Assembly (NCBI GenBank): GCA_028712255.1
Contig: JAQTQJ010000003.1
Location: forward strand, 7,173 to 71,172
DNA from: Candidatus Omnitrophota bacterium
GTDB lineage: Bacteria > Omnitrophota > Gorgyraeia > Gygaellales > Profunditerraquicolaceae
DNA length: 64,000 bases
Direction: 5' to 3'
The notes under the pieces were generated by a model. It worked only from the letters and a program-made list of their open reading frames with translations, was not told the DNA's origin and did not search any database. Position 1 is the stretch's first letter, and every line of letters starts with the position of its first letter. The translations under genes were made by a program, and so were the position numbers. Positions 37,897-47,652 of this stretch are shown here, piece after piece.

Positions 37897-38828
37897 AATA
37901 AGTTATTTCCCTCCTCTTTTTGTTGATTTTCTTCGATAGGTTTATCTAACTTTTCTTCCGCGGGTTTGGGCTCCTCCTGCTTAACTCCTTCAACGGGCGG
38001 CGCTTCTTCTACTGGGTGCCTCGGTTCTTCTATACGCTTATCCTCTTGTATCTGTATAGGTTTTTCTGTTTGTTTAACTTCTTCTACCTGCTTAATTTTT
38101 TCTTCTTTTTTAACCTCTTTTCTGAAATGTGCGATTTCTTCGGCAAAACTTTTTAACCTCTCTTGAGCAGCCTCTAAATCCTTCTCTAGCTGCGAATATT
38201 CCTCATTCAATTTATTAAACTCTGCCTTAGGTATCCATTCACTGATTTTCTCTTTACGGTTAAACTCAGCAATTGTATCCGAATAATCCTTAATACTCTT
38301 GAGCTGTTCTTCAATTTGATGCTTCTGCGCCTGTATCTGATCTTCTTTTAGCCGACAGGCTATCTCTTTTGCTTCAAGGGCTGATTTTAGTTCACGCAGC
38401 TGGCGTGAAAAATTTACATTTTTAGCAAACTCATCCTGCAGTTCTTTTTCTTTAGTTATAAATTTATTGCTTAAATCCGTATTCTCTACCTTTACCTTGG
38501 TCAATTCAGCTTCTGCCTTAGCTACCCACTCTTCCCTGCGCTTTAACTCATCAGAAAACTTCAATTCAGCTTCTTTGGCAACCATAAAAGTAGCATTGCC
38601 TTGCGCATATTCAGATTTCATTTTCTCTATCAGAATTCCCAGATCAACTACCTGACCCTGTAATCGTTGAATTTTCTGCTCCTTACCAATATCCACAGTA
38701 GGCAGCAGCGGATTTTCATTTTTTTTCTTTTTAATAGCTTCGGATTTTGGCGAAGAGAACACTCCAAAAACAGCATAAAGCACCATCCCTGCGCCTAAAA
38801 ATGCCAATATTTGTAATGCCAGTATCAT
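37893..38828 (-). CDS. Membrane-anchored coiled-coil protein
   Basis: N-terminal TM helix, then a long Lys/Glu-rich coiled coil and a Pro/Glu-rich C-terminus. Confidence 0.35.
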   Translation of the reverse strand: MILALQILAFLGAGMVLYAVFGVFSSPKSEAIKKKKNENPLLPTVDIGKEQKIQRLQGQVVDLGILIEKMKSEYAQGNATFMVAKEAELKFSDELKRREEWVAKAEAELTKVKVENTDLSNKFITKEKELQDEFAKNVNFSRQLRELKSALEAKEIACRLKEDQIQAQKHQIEEQLKSIKDYSDTIAEFNRKEKISEWIPKAEFNKLNEEYSQLEKDLEAAQERLKSFAEEIAHFRKEVKKEEKIKQVEEVKQTEKPIQIQEDKRIEEPRHPVEEAPPVEGVKQEEPKPAEEKLDKPIEENQQKEEGNNLL

Positions 38829-39246
38829 TTTAACCTACCTATATTTATTCATCGTCAATATCTTTTATTATATCAAAATTTGGAGAATAAAAAACTGTAA
38901 TTTATTAACTGTAAGTTTTTAGCTTATAGCTTCTCCTAATATATACTATTGACAAACTGGTTAAATAGCGATAAATTATTATTGGGAAAAATAAACATGG
39001 TATTGTAGAAAAAAATACGCGCAAAGGAAGAAATGCAGAACAGCGCAAAAAATCAGGTTCAGCTAAAAACCCTGATTCATGACCCGAATATAAGTTCTAA
39101 TATTCGGGTTTTTCTTTAAGCAGGAATTTTTTCAATTATATTCAAGAAAGGTACAATCATAAGGATGGTGCACTCTGGGCAAAGTCCGTTTACGGTAGAA
39201 GAAGAACATTCTATTTTACGTTACCATTAAATGAAAGAAGGTAAAT

Positions 39247-39609
39247 ATGGCAAAAAAGATCTTAATTATCGATGATGAACCAGATATTCTTAGGCTGGCG
39301 GCAATAAGATTGGAAGCTTCGGGTTATAAACTTACGGAGGCCACTGACAGTGAAAAAGCGCTCAAATTACTGGAGAAAGAAATACCGGATCTGATCCTAT
39401 TGGACTTACTTCTGCCTAAAATGCAGGGGGGAGAATTTTGCAAAAAACTAAAATCTGATACTAGGTTTAAAAACATACCAATTGTGTTTTTTACCGCCAA
39501 TGTAACCGGTATTGCGGATATAGTCAAAGAAACCGGTGCACAGGATTATATAATAAAACCCTTTGAGCCCGAAGAATTACTTTCCACAATCACAAAGTTT
39601 ATACATTAA
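39247..39609 (+). CDS. Stand-alone response regulator receiver domain (CheY-like)
   Basis: DDEPD...D...K receiver residues. 120 aa. Confidence 0.8.
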   Translation: MAKKILIIDDEPDILRLAAIRLEASGYKLTEATDSEKALKLLEKEIPDLILLDLLLPKMQGGEFCKKLKSDTRFKNIPIVFFTANVTGIADIVKETGAQDYIIKPFEPEELLSTITKFIH

Positions 39610-39847
39610 ATCCTCTTAAAAAAATCCCCGCAAATGTGCCGTTGGAACGATATTCTGAACCGATTTGGTTTCAGGTGGGTACCCTCTTCCTAGGCACTCG
39701 TGCCTAAGAAATTATGGGTTCCCGTGAAAATTGTGTTGGTTCAACAATTATCAGTTTTCCAACGTGCACCGCAGGGATATTTAAAAGAACCGTTTCATTC
39801 TAAATGAAGTATAGCACATATTTATAACAGAATCAACCTACCCTGCG

Positions 39848-39907
39848 AAAATCCAGGGACCTTTCTATTTTTTGTTTAAACAAAAAATAGAAAGGTCCCT
39901 GGATTTT
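39848..39907. repeat. Palindromic extragenic repeat, copy 3
   Basis: aaaatccagggacctttctattttttgtttaaacaaaaaatagaaaggtccctggatttt. The stem is extended and carries compensatory changes relative to copy 2. Confidence 0.7.
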
Positions 39908-39913
39908 AGATTT

Positions 39914-41944
39914 TCAACGCAATCTTATGCCAAAACGCTCTTTTAATAGGAAACAGATTTCATTATGTAGTGGGTAAATTTCTTCTTCGGTGAGAGTACG
40001 CTCATCTAATCGATAAACGCATGATATGGTCAACCCCGTAAAACCTTCGGGTATTTGCTTGCCTCGATAATAATCTACAACTCTAGCCTGTCGTAATAAT
40101 GAAGCACCTTTTGCCTCTATTGCCGAAATTAAATCCTTTACAGGCACTTCATTCTTAACCACAAAGCTTATATCTCTGGTAATTGGCGGAAATTTAGCAA
40201 TATTTGAAAATTTCTTATCTAAGTTTATATGGCTCAATAATTTTTCTAAACTGAGCTCGGCCAAAACAACCTGCCTGTTTTTAATATCGAAGGCCTCCAA
40301 AGTTTGCCGTGCCAAATCCAGTATAAAACCTGTTTCCTCTTGGCCAACAATAATATCTATCCTATGGTCATCCTTACGGATAAAATCAAAACCCCTAACT
40401 CCAAGCCTGCTAAATAGAGTTTCTAGTATGCCTTTTAAATGCAGGAGAGTTATCTCGTCTTTAACCAATCCCTGCCTGGTCAAGAACGAATTGATTCCGC
40501 ATAAGGCTATGCCTAAACAAGATTCTTCCCGGGTAGAATTAGCTCCTGCAGAAAAAGTATTGGCTATTTCAAAAACCTTAATACTTTCCTGCTGCTGGTC
40601 CAAATTGTAGGCAACACAACGAATAAGGCTGGGCAAAAGCGTTGGGCGCAAAACTTCCTGTTCACAACTTATAGGATTTAGAATTTTAACCAGATTTCTT
40701 TCGGTATTGATCCCTGATTTTACAAGTAGATTGCGGTCAACCAAGCTATAAGTAATCACTTCACGCAAACCCAAACCACTTAATATCTTCTTTATACCGC
40801 AAGTAATATTATTTTTATCAGAGATATTCTGGCCAAGCCTTATTACAGGAAGGGTTTTAGGAATTTTTTCATAACCATAAACACGAGCAACCTCTTCAAT
40901 CAAATCTATTTGTAATTTAAGGTCTTGGCGAAAACTGGGAATCTTTACCAACAGGGTATTTTTTGTTTTGGCTCTTACCTGAAGCCCCAGCCCACTTAAA
41001 ATTTGTTTAATCTTAATAACGGATAAAGTTAACCCTAATACTCTATTTACATAAGCTGCATCCAGCCTAATTATAGGGTTGGTTGATTTTTTTATCCCTA
41101 TACTCTTATAAACGCAAGGCCTGCCAGAAGCTAATTTTAAAATTAATTCCTGTGCCGCTAAACTTGCAGTTTTGGCGGTTTCAAAATCCACCCCCCTTTC
41201 AAACCTGTACGCTGATTCAGATTGTATTGCCAACTTTTGCTTTGCCCGGCGCACAAGTATGGGATCAAATACCGCTGACTCAAGTAAAATATTACGCGTC
41301 TTAAAAGTTACCTCGGTTTCTTTACCCCCCATAATCCCGGCAATGGCTATCGGCTTATCTTTATCAGCAATTACTAAGATTTCAGGGTTTAATATTTCTT
41401 GCTGCCCATCAATAGTAATAATTTTTTCATCGGTTTTAGCCCTACGCACATTCACCTCTTTTTGGCTTAGGCTATCTAAATCAAAAACGTGTAGGGGCTG
41501 GCCTGTTTCAAATAAAATATAATTTGTAATATCCACAACATTATTTACGGGCCGGCAACCAAGGGAAGTTAGTCTTTTCTTGAGCCAATCAGGAGATGGC
41601 TCAACCAAAACATCACAAATAACCCTAGCACTATAAAATGAACAGTCTTTTTTATCGCTAACCGAAATTTTTACCGGTAAGCATTCTTTGCTTTTTATTT
41701 TTCTCTCTTTTAAATTAACCGTCTTAAATTTTAACCCGCAAATTGCGCCAATTTCACGGGCAACCCCTGTAACACTTAACCAATCTGGCCGGTTTGAGGT
41801 TATTTCAATTTCAAAAACAGAATCTCCCCCTATTTCCTCCAGAGAAACTACCTCTAAGCCTGCCATCGTCAGTTTCTCAGCCAGCTCTGCCGGAGGAATT
41901 TTTATATCAACAAAATCTTTCAACCAACTATAAGTAACTTTCAT
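39914..41944 (-). CDS. pheT: Phenylalanyl-tRNA synthetase beta subunit
   Basis: B3/B4, B5 and anticodon-binding regions. It directly follows pheS. 676 aa. Confidence 0.85.
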   Translation of the reverse strand: MKVTYSWLKDFVDIKIPPAELAEKLTMAGLEVVSLEEIGGDSVFEIEITSNRPDWLSVTGVAREIGAICGLKFKTVNLKERKIKSKECLPVKISVSDKKDCSFYSARVICDVLVEPSPDWLKKRLTSLGCRPVNNVVDITNYILFETGQPLHVFDLDSLSQKEVNVRRAKTDEKIITIDGQQEILNPEILVIADKDKPIAIAGIMGGKETEVTFKTRNILLESAVFDPILVRRAKQKLAIQSESAYRFERGVDFETAKTASLAAQELILKLASGRPCVYKSIGIKKSTNPIIRLDAAYVNRVLGLTLSVIKIKQILSGLGLQVRAKTKNTLLVKIPSFRQDLKLQIDLIEEVARVYGYEKIPKTLPVIRLGQNISDKNNITCGIKKILSGLGLREVITYSLVDRNLLVKSGINTERNLVKILNPISCEQEVLRPTLLPSLIRCVAYNLDQQQESIKVFEIANTFSAGANSTREESCLGIALCGINSFLTRQGLVKDEITLLHLKGILETLFSRLGVRGFDFIRKDDHRIDIIVGQEETGFILDLARQTLEAFDIKNRQVVLAELSLEKLLSHINLDKKFSNIAKFPPITRDISFVVKNEVPVKDLISAIEAKGASLLRQARVVDYYRGKQIPEGFTGLTISCVYRLDERTLTEEEIYPLHNEICFLLKERFGIRLR

Positions 41945-41947
41945 AGG

Positions 41948-42961
41948 TTAGAATTGTTTTAAAAATCTTAAATCATTCTCAAAAAATAATCTAATATCAT
42001 TTATTCCGTATTTTAACATGGCTATTCTTTCCACTCCCATACCAAAAGCAAAACCTGTATACTTTTTGGGGTTATACCCTACCTGCCCAAAAACATTCGG
42101 ATGGATCATGCCTGCTCCCAAAACTTCAAGCCACCCCTTTCTACCGCATACAGAGCACCCCTTGCCTTTACAGATAATACAAGAGATATCCACTTCTGCC
42201 GAAGGTTCGGTAAAAGGAAAAAAATGCGGACGAAAGCGCATTTTAATATCCTGGCCAAAAACACTCTTGACAAAAAGCTCTAAAATCCCTTTTAAATCGG
42301 AGAATTTTATATTTTCATCAACCATAAACCCTTCGATCTGATGGAACATGAAAAGATGGCTGGCATCTACCGCATCTGGCCGGTACACTCTTCCCGGAAC
42401 AACTATAGCCAATGGCGGCTTATACTCCTTCATTACCCGCACCTGCACTGGAGAAGTATGGCTACGCAGAAGGAGCTTGGAATAATTTTTCAAATAAAAG
42501 GTATCAAAAGCATCGCGAGAAGGATGCTCTAGGGGAATATTTAACCCTGTGAAATTGTTATATTCTGTTTCAATTTCCGGGCCTTCAACAACAGAAAAAC
42601 CCATGCGATTAAATATGGCGCAAATCTCGTCAATAATCTGGGTAATTGGATGGATACCGCCTAGCTCCTGGGCAATCCCAGGCATACCTACGTCTAAACT
42701 TTCTTTTTTTGAAACACTGCTGCTACTTTTTATAACATTTTCTCTTTCTTCAATAAAATTCAGGAGTTTATTTTTTAAGGCATTAACTTCTTTACCAAAT
42801 GCCCCACGCTGCTCAACCGGAAGACCAGGTATTAATCCTGTTAACTCTGCCAGTAATCCCTTCCTGCCCAGGTATTTAATACGCACCTCTTCTAGGGCCT
42901 GCACAGAAGTAACTGCGGCTAGATCGCTTTCTATTTGCGCCTGAATAAGTTTAATATCCAT
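41948..42961 (-). CDS. pheS: Phenylalanyl-tRNA synthetase alpha subunit
   Basis: Class II motifs FRPHFFPFTEPSAE. 337 aa. Confidence 0.9.
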   Translation of the reverse strand: MDIKLIQAQIESDLAAVTSVQALEEVRIKYLGRKGLLAELTGLIPGLPVEQRGAFGKEVNALKNKLLNFIEERENVIKSSSSVSKKESLDVGMPGIAQELGGIHPITQIIDEICAIFNRMGFSVVEGPEIETEYNNFTGLNIPLEHPSRDAFDTFYLKNYSKLLLRSHTSPVQVRVMKEYKPPLAIVVPGRVYRPDAVDASHLFMFHQIEGFMVDENIKFSDLKGILELFVKSVFGQDIKMRFRPHFFPFTEPSAEVDISCIICKGKGCSVCGRKGWLEVLGAGMIHPNVFGQVGYNPKKYTGFAFGMGVERIAMLKYGINDIRLFFENDLRFLKQF

Positions 42962-43419
42962 ATTAAAAATAATACTCCTAATAAAATAAGCCCCAAGCTT
43001 ACTTTACCAAAGTTTAATTTCTGATTAATAATTTCTCCGCTAGCAACCTTATGCACTGTTTGCGCGTGAATATCCAGGTCTCCGCCATGTTCAAGGCAGG
43101 CGCGATGAAATATTCCAGTTATTTCAAGAATATCACCATGAGATTTGTAGTTCCCCGTAAAGTTTATTTCTTTTGTCAAACCAGCATTTATCCAAACACC
43201 GACGGCATTATCGCCATCATTTATATTTACCCAGGCAAACTCGCCGCGGCCCATTACATCCCCAATTACTTCACCAGAATATGTAATTACTTGTCCATCA
43301 TACTGTTTAGCATGCGAAATCAATTCAGCGCTGCTTAAGCTCTGCGGAAAAGCAGCCTGCGGCCAAAAGATTGGAACAAAAAACAAGCTTATTAAAGTTA
43401 ATTTAAAATTATTCCTCAT
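42931..43419 (-). CDS. Hypothetical exported protein with a C-terminal membrane anchor
   Basis: Signal peptide plus a C-terminal hydrophobic helix. Confidence 0.35.
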   Translation of the reverse strand: MRNNFKLTLISLFFVPIFWPQAAFPQSLSSAELISHAKQYDGQVITYSGEVIGDVMGRGEFAWVNINDGDNAVGVWINAGLTKEINFTGNYKSHGDILEITGIFHRACLEHGGDLDIHAQTVHKVASGEIINQKLNFGKVSLGLILLGVLFLIWILNLFRRK

Positions 43420-44921
43420 TTTTTTCCTTTAATCGCCGCCGCTAAAAATCCGATTATCGCAAATACCGACATGAATTCTAAACGGCCTACCCACATCTGT
43501 ATGATATAGGTAATCTTGAGCGCCGCGGGCATAGCAGCATTGGTTATCCCACAAGATAATCCTACATTGGCTGCTGCCGATGTAGATTCAAAAAGTGACT
43601 CTAAAAAAGAATACCCGTAAAACATTCCTATCAACGCTCCTAAACCATACAAAACAATATAAGCCAAAGTAATAGTCAAAGCGCTCCTGACGATCTTATC
43701 CTCTAAAAATATCTCTTTTATATGATGAAACTTTTCGATTACAACTGCTTTCTCAGGCATAATAATCTTCTTTATGTCTTCTTTAAGGGCTTTAAAAATA
43801 ACTCCTAAACGCAACATTTTTATACCGCCGGCAGTAGAGCAGATACAGCCTCCCAAAGCCATAGCACAGATCAAACCAAACAAAGCCAAATTTCCCCATT
43901 CAGCAATAAACTGCTGGGCAGAGACCGTCATATAACCGGTGGTGGTATGGGCTGAAATAAGCTGGAAAAGGCCTTTGCGAAACAATGCAATCGCCTGAGG
44001 GTATACTCCTAGCTGATGTAAACCAATAGCCACAATAAAAAATGTCAACATAATGCTGATAAAGAATGTCCGGCTTTCAATATTCCTCAGGGTCTCTTTA
44101 CGATTGCCAATCCATAATTGATAATGAAAATTAAAATTTAGCGAACCAACGATCATGATTACTATAGTTATTATCTCAAAGATTAAGCTGTGATAATAAA
44201 GTATATTTTGAGATTGCGGGGCAAAGCCGGCAGTATCAAAACCTGCCATAAAAATACAGGCGCCGTGGAAAAATGAATTTATTGGTTTTAGCCCGATACA
44301 AATACCTGTTATACCCAAAGTAATGGTACCGATGATTAAATATATTATACTGATTAACCAAATAAACCTGGCGGTATGTATAACATTTGGGAGCAATCTT
44401 TCATCCCGGCCTTCGCCTACATACATTTTAAAAGCACCGCTGGTCCCTTTGAGCAAAAAAGAAAGGGCAATAATAGCGATACCCTGGCCTCCGATAAAGG
44501 GCCCCAAATGCCTCCAGAGATTGTGCGCATAAGAGAGATGGTCTAAATCCTGCACCAAAGTCAGCCCCGTCGTAGTAAAACCTGACATGGTCTCAAAACA
44601 TGCATCCAAGAATGATTTATAATGGCCGCTTAAATATAGCGGTAACGCACTTAAGACCATGGCCGCAATCCAAGATAGGCTTATAACAATCATTCCCTGC
44701 ATCCAGTTTAGATCTTTATCCGTATGGCATATTTTAGTAAGTAGCAGGCCGATAAGAACGGATATTTCGATAGCAATAATAAAATCCAGTGCTGGGTTTA
44801 CCTCTTTAAAAAACATCCCGATTAAAATCGGAATAAACATAGTTATGGCAAGGCCTAAAATGATTTTCCCAAGATAAAAACCGATAATCTTTAAATCTTC
44901 TAAGCGCGGCCTAAGGATCAT
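43416..44921 (-). CDS. trkH: K+ transporter membrane subunit (TrkH/KtrB family)
   Basis: Polytopic membrane protein with the recurring selectivity-filter-like GFTTTG / TTTGY motifs. Confidence 0.8.
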   Translation of the reverse strand: MILRPRLEDLKIIGFYLGKIILGLAITMFIPILIGMFFKEVNPALDFIIAIEISVLIGLLLTKICHTDKDLNWMQGMIVISLSWIAAMVLSALPLYLSGHYKSFLDACFETMSGFTTTGLTLVQDLDHLSYAHNLWRHLGPFIGGQGIAIIALSFLLKGTSGAFKMYVGEGRDERLLPNVIHTARFIWLISIIYLIIGTITLGITGICIGLKPINSFFHGACIFMAGFDTAGFAPQSQNILYYHSLIFEIITIVIMIVGSLNFNFHYQLWIGNRKETLRNIESRTFFISIMLTFFIVAIGLHQLGVYPQAIALFRKGLFQLISAHTTTGYMTVSAQQFIAEWGNLALFGLICAMALGGCICSTAGGIKMLRLGVIFKALKEDIKKIIMPEKAVVIEKFHHIKEIFLEDKIVRSALTITLAYIVLYGLGALIGMFYGYSFLESLFESTSAAANVGLSCGITNAAMPAALKITYIIQMWVGRLEFMSVFAIIGFLAAAIKGKK

Positions 44922-45040
44922 AATTTAAAATATATTGCCAAACAAAATAAAAAAGCTGTTAGTATTATAAATAGGGAGTATAAAATTTCTGTAGTTATAC
45001 CGAATATAGTATTTAAGGTAGGTTTAAATCTCATTATATG

Positions 45041-45703
45041 TTAGAGTTTTCCGGCTAAAAGGCTCAGCAATTGCGGTTCGTTGCCGATTAAAGTCAAGGC
45101 GATAACATCATCTCCAGATTTAAGCATGGTGTCTCCTTTGGGCAGAATCACCTCTTCTCCCCTTACAATGGAAACCAATACCGCATCCTTGGGTAAATTA
45201 ATATCTTTCAGCTGTTTATTAATCACTGGAGCGTCGCTAGGCAGATCAACGCGTACAATAGCCAGCTTGCCGCGTTTAAAACTCATTAGATTTACAAAAT
45301 CAGAAAATGAGACCTCTTCTTCAATAATCTTGGCAATTATTTTTGTCGAGTCAACCGGCACATCAATACCTAACTCGCTAAAAGCATACTCATTATCAGG
45401 GTTATTTACCCGTCCAACCGTGCGTTGGATACCGAATTTTTCTTTGGCTAATTGGCAAATAACCAGATTATCCTCATCATCTCCGGTTACTGCTGCCACA
45501 ACATCAGCACGCTGGATTCCTGCTTCTTCCAGCATCCTTGGATCGCATCCATCACCATTAATTACCAACAACTCAAGTTCCTTAGCAATCTCCTCACAAA
45601 TCTGGCGGTCTTTGTCAATAATACTGACTGTATGTTTTCCCTGACAAAGACGCTTTGCCAAAAAATAACCCACTTTACCTGCGCCAACTATCAAAATGTA
45701 CAT
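45041..45703 (-). CDS. trkA: K+ uptake regulatory subunit TrkA/KtrA (RCK, NAD-binding)
   Basis: N-terminal Rossmann fold (ILIVGAGKVG) and a C-terminal RCK_C domain. Confidence 0.75.
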   Translation of the reverse strand: MYILIVGAGKVGYFLAKRLCQGKHTVSIIDKDRQICEEIAKELELLVINGDGCDPRMLEEAGIQRADVVAAVTGDDEDNLVICQLAKEKFGIQRTVGRVNNPDNEYAFSELGIDVPVDSTKIIAKIIEEEVSFSDFVNLMSFKRGKLAIVRVDLPSDAPVINKQLKDINLPKDAVLVSIVRGEEVILPKGDTMLKSGDDVIALTLIGNEPQLLSLLAGKL

Positions 45704-45705
45704 AG

Positions 45706-46359
45706 TTATTTTCCTTTTAGATGGAACTTTTCCCTGATTTCTTTAAGGCTGGAAACTTTAACTACTCCCATTAAGATATCTTTATCTTTCAGGACAGTTT
45801 TAGGCTCAGGTATAATAACCCCCTGCATTCTACGCAGGGCAACCACAATAAAATCTCCCGGAATATTTATATCCTGAATAATCTTTCCAACTAAATCATC
45901 TTTGATTTCAATCTCGAGCACTCCTAAATCCTTAGATTCAATTAGATAGCTGGAAAATCTGCTCTCAATAATCTTATCCCTGAGCATAGCCGAAAACAAC
46001 ATTGTCCCGCTAATAATATCTAGGCCAAGGGCTGCGTAAATATGGGCACGCTGCGGGTCATAGATACGTGCAAAAACTTTGGGCACGCGGAAAATCTTTT
46101 TAGCAACTTGAGCGCTAATTAAATTGGTGTTATCCCCATTAGCGACTGCGCAGAAAGCATCGGCCTTTTCAATCCCCACCTGCTTAAGGAGGGCCAAATC
46201 AAAACCATTGCCAACCATAGTCATCCCATTAAAGGTATCGCCAAGGCGGTTAAAAGATTCCCGCGACTTATCAATCACCACTACATCATGGCCTTCCCCG
46301 GATAAAAGCTTTGCTAATTCTGCTCCTACCCTACCACAACCCACAATAATTACATGCAT
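45706..46359 (-). CDS. trkA: Second TrkA/KtrA paralog
   Basis: VIIVGCGRVG Rossmann fold. Arranged in tandem with the previous gene. Confidence 0.75.
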   Translation of the reverse strand: MHVIIVGCGRVGAELAKLLSGEGHDVVVIDKSRESFNRLGDTFNGMTMVGNGFDLALLKQVGIEKADAFCAVANGDNTNLISAQVAKKIFRVPKVFARIYDPQRAHIYAALGLDIISGTMLFSAMLRDKIIESRFSSYLIESKDLGVLEIEIKDDLVGKIIQDINIPGDFIVVALRRMQGVIIPEPKTVLKDKDILMGVVKVSSLKEIREKFHLKGK

Positions 46360-46450
46360 GATCTCTCCAGCTTAAACTTTAAATCTCAAACAAAAGCTTT
46401 AAGCCGTAAGCTATAAGCTTAAAACTTAACACTTACAACTTACAGCTAAT

Positions 46451-46798
46451 TTATTCTTTTGATTTTTCAACCAGTTTTTTAAAAGCATGGCTGTCTCTAA
46501 CTGCTAAATCCGCCAAGATCTTACGGTCCAGGTTAATTTTAGATTTCTTTAACCCACTCATAAATGCGCTGTAGGTAATCCCAACTTCTCTACAAGCTGC
46601 ATTAATTCGCGCAATCCAAAGAGAACGAATTTCCCGTTTTTTATTCCTGCGGTCCCGGTAAGAATATTTAAGCGCATGCATCAGGACCCTTTTTGCCTGC
46701 TGGTATTGCTTACTATGGTCTCCCCAAAAACCTTTCGCTTGTTTTAAAACTTTCTTTTTTCTTTTTCGTGTTGCTACACTGTGTTTAACTTTTGCCAT
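46451..46798 (-). CDS. rplT: 50S ribosomal protein L20
   Basis: [24 protein letters not shown]... Start taken at ATG 46798. The ORF-track start at 46828 is an upstream extension. Confidence 0.9.
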   Translation of the reverse strand: MAKVKHSVATRKRKKKVLKQAKGFWGDHSKQYQQAKRVLMHALKYSYRDRRNKKREIRSLWIARINAACREVGITYSAFMSGLKKSKINLDRKILADLAVRDSHAFKKLVEKSKE

Positions 46799-46812
46799 TA
46801 TTGATCTCCTTA

Positions 46813-46863
46813 CCCACAAGGGTAACACCAGCGCAATTCCAATTAGCGCTGGGTGTAGCTTAT
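46813..46863 (-). promoter_or_regulatory. Conserved hairpin-plus-RBS leader element, copy 1 (upstream of rplT)
   Basis: ~85% identical to 55518-55567. On the minus strand it reads ACACCCAGCG-12nt-GCGCTGGTGT, CCCTTGTGGG, AGGAG, then 7 nt and the ATG. Confidence 0.5.
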
Positions 46864-46911
46864 TATTAAGGGTACATCCGCGTAAAACCTTTAAACGCCA
46901 GGTATTAGAAT

Positions 46912-47112
46912 CTATCCATAAGGTAACATGGATTTAATAAACCTTACTTCTTTTTTTCCGGCAAGCGTCCGGCGCCTCTTGAGGTTCCTGATCTTCTTTG
47001 TTTTTTTAGATGAAGCCAGGTGGCTCTTGCCTCCGGGTGAATATTTGACTTTGCCTCTCTTGCTAATTTTAAAGCGTTTAGCTACTCCTCTTTTTGTTTT
47101 TAATTTTGGCAT
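46912..47112 (-). CDS. rpmI: 50S ribosomal protein L35
   Basis: [22 protein letters not shown]... Confidence 0.9.
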   Translation of the reverse strand: MPKLKTKRGVAKRFKISKRGKVKYSPGGKSHLASSKKTKKIRNLKRRRTLAGKKEVRFIKSMLPYG

Positions 47113-47131
47113 TCTTTCTCCTTATTATACC

Positions 47132-47638
47132 TTATTTTGGGGCAATCACAAAAGACATAATTCTTCCTTCTAGTGACGGCGTTTTCTCCACCACTCCATC
47201 GCTCTGTGTCGAATCAATAAATTTATCTAAAACCTTCCTTCCCAAATCCAAATGCTCCATCTGCCTACCGCGGAAGAAAAGATTAACTCTAACTTTATCT
47301 TTTTTCTTCAAAAAGCTGATCACTTGTTTAACCTTAGTTTCGAAATCATGTTCATCAATATTGGGTTTGAGCCGGATTTCCTTTAAACGCCCCTGCTTTT
47401 GGTGCTTTTTTGATTCACGTTCTTTTTTCTCAAGGTCATATTTAAATTTACTAAACTCAATAATCCGGCAGACCGGCGGATTAGCCGCTGGAGCAACCTC
47501 TACCAAATCCAACTCGTGTTGATTGGCAATCTCCAACGCCCTCTGCACAGACATTACTCCTAGCTGGCCCCCATCATGCCCAATAACCCTAATCTGCGGT
47601 GAACTAATTCTGTCGTTAATCCTAATAAACCTTTTTAT
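47132..47638 (-). CDS. infC: Translation initiation factor IF-3 with a non-AUG (AUU/AUA) start
   Basis: The ORF-track ATG at 47554 truncates the protein. The in-frame upstream sequence encodes RINDRISSPQIRVIGHDGGQLGV, which matches the conserved IF3 N-terminus. ATT 47626 or ATA 47638 follows the in-frame stop. Confidence 0.8.
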   Translation of the reverse strand: MKRFIRINDRISSPQIRVIGHDGGQLGVMSVQRALEIANQHELDLVEVAPAANPPVCRIIEFSKFKYDLEKKERESKKHQKQGRLKEIRLKPNIDEHDFETKVKQVISFLKKKDKVRVNLFFRGRQMEHLDLGRKVLDKFIDSTQSDGVVEKTPSLEGRIMSFVIAPK

Positions 47639-47652
47639 AGCAGCCTCTCTTT

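Noticed and set aside
42962-43000. T-box leaders upstream of pheS or thrS
   Set aside because: Both genes abut or overlap the preceding ORF (42931-43419; 49417-49422), leaving no space for a ~250-nt leader.
45081-45877. Long plus-strand ORFs 45081-45644 and 45452-45877 antisense to the trkA genes
   Set aside because: Ser/Thr/Leu-rich low-complexity translations opposite two clear Rossmann-fold genes.
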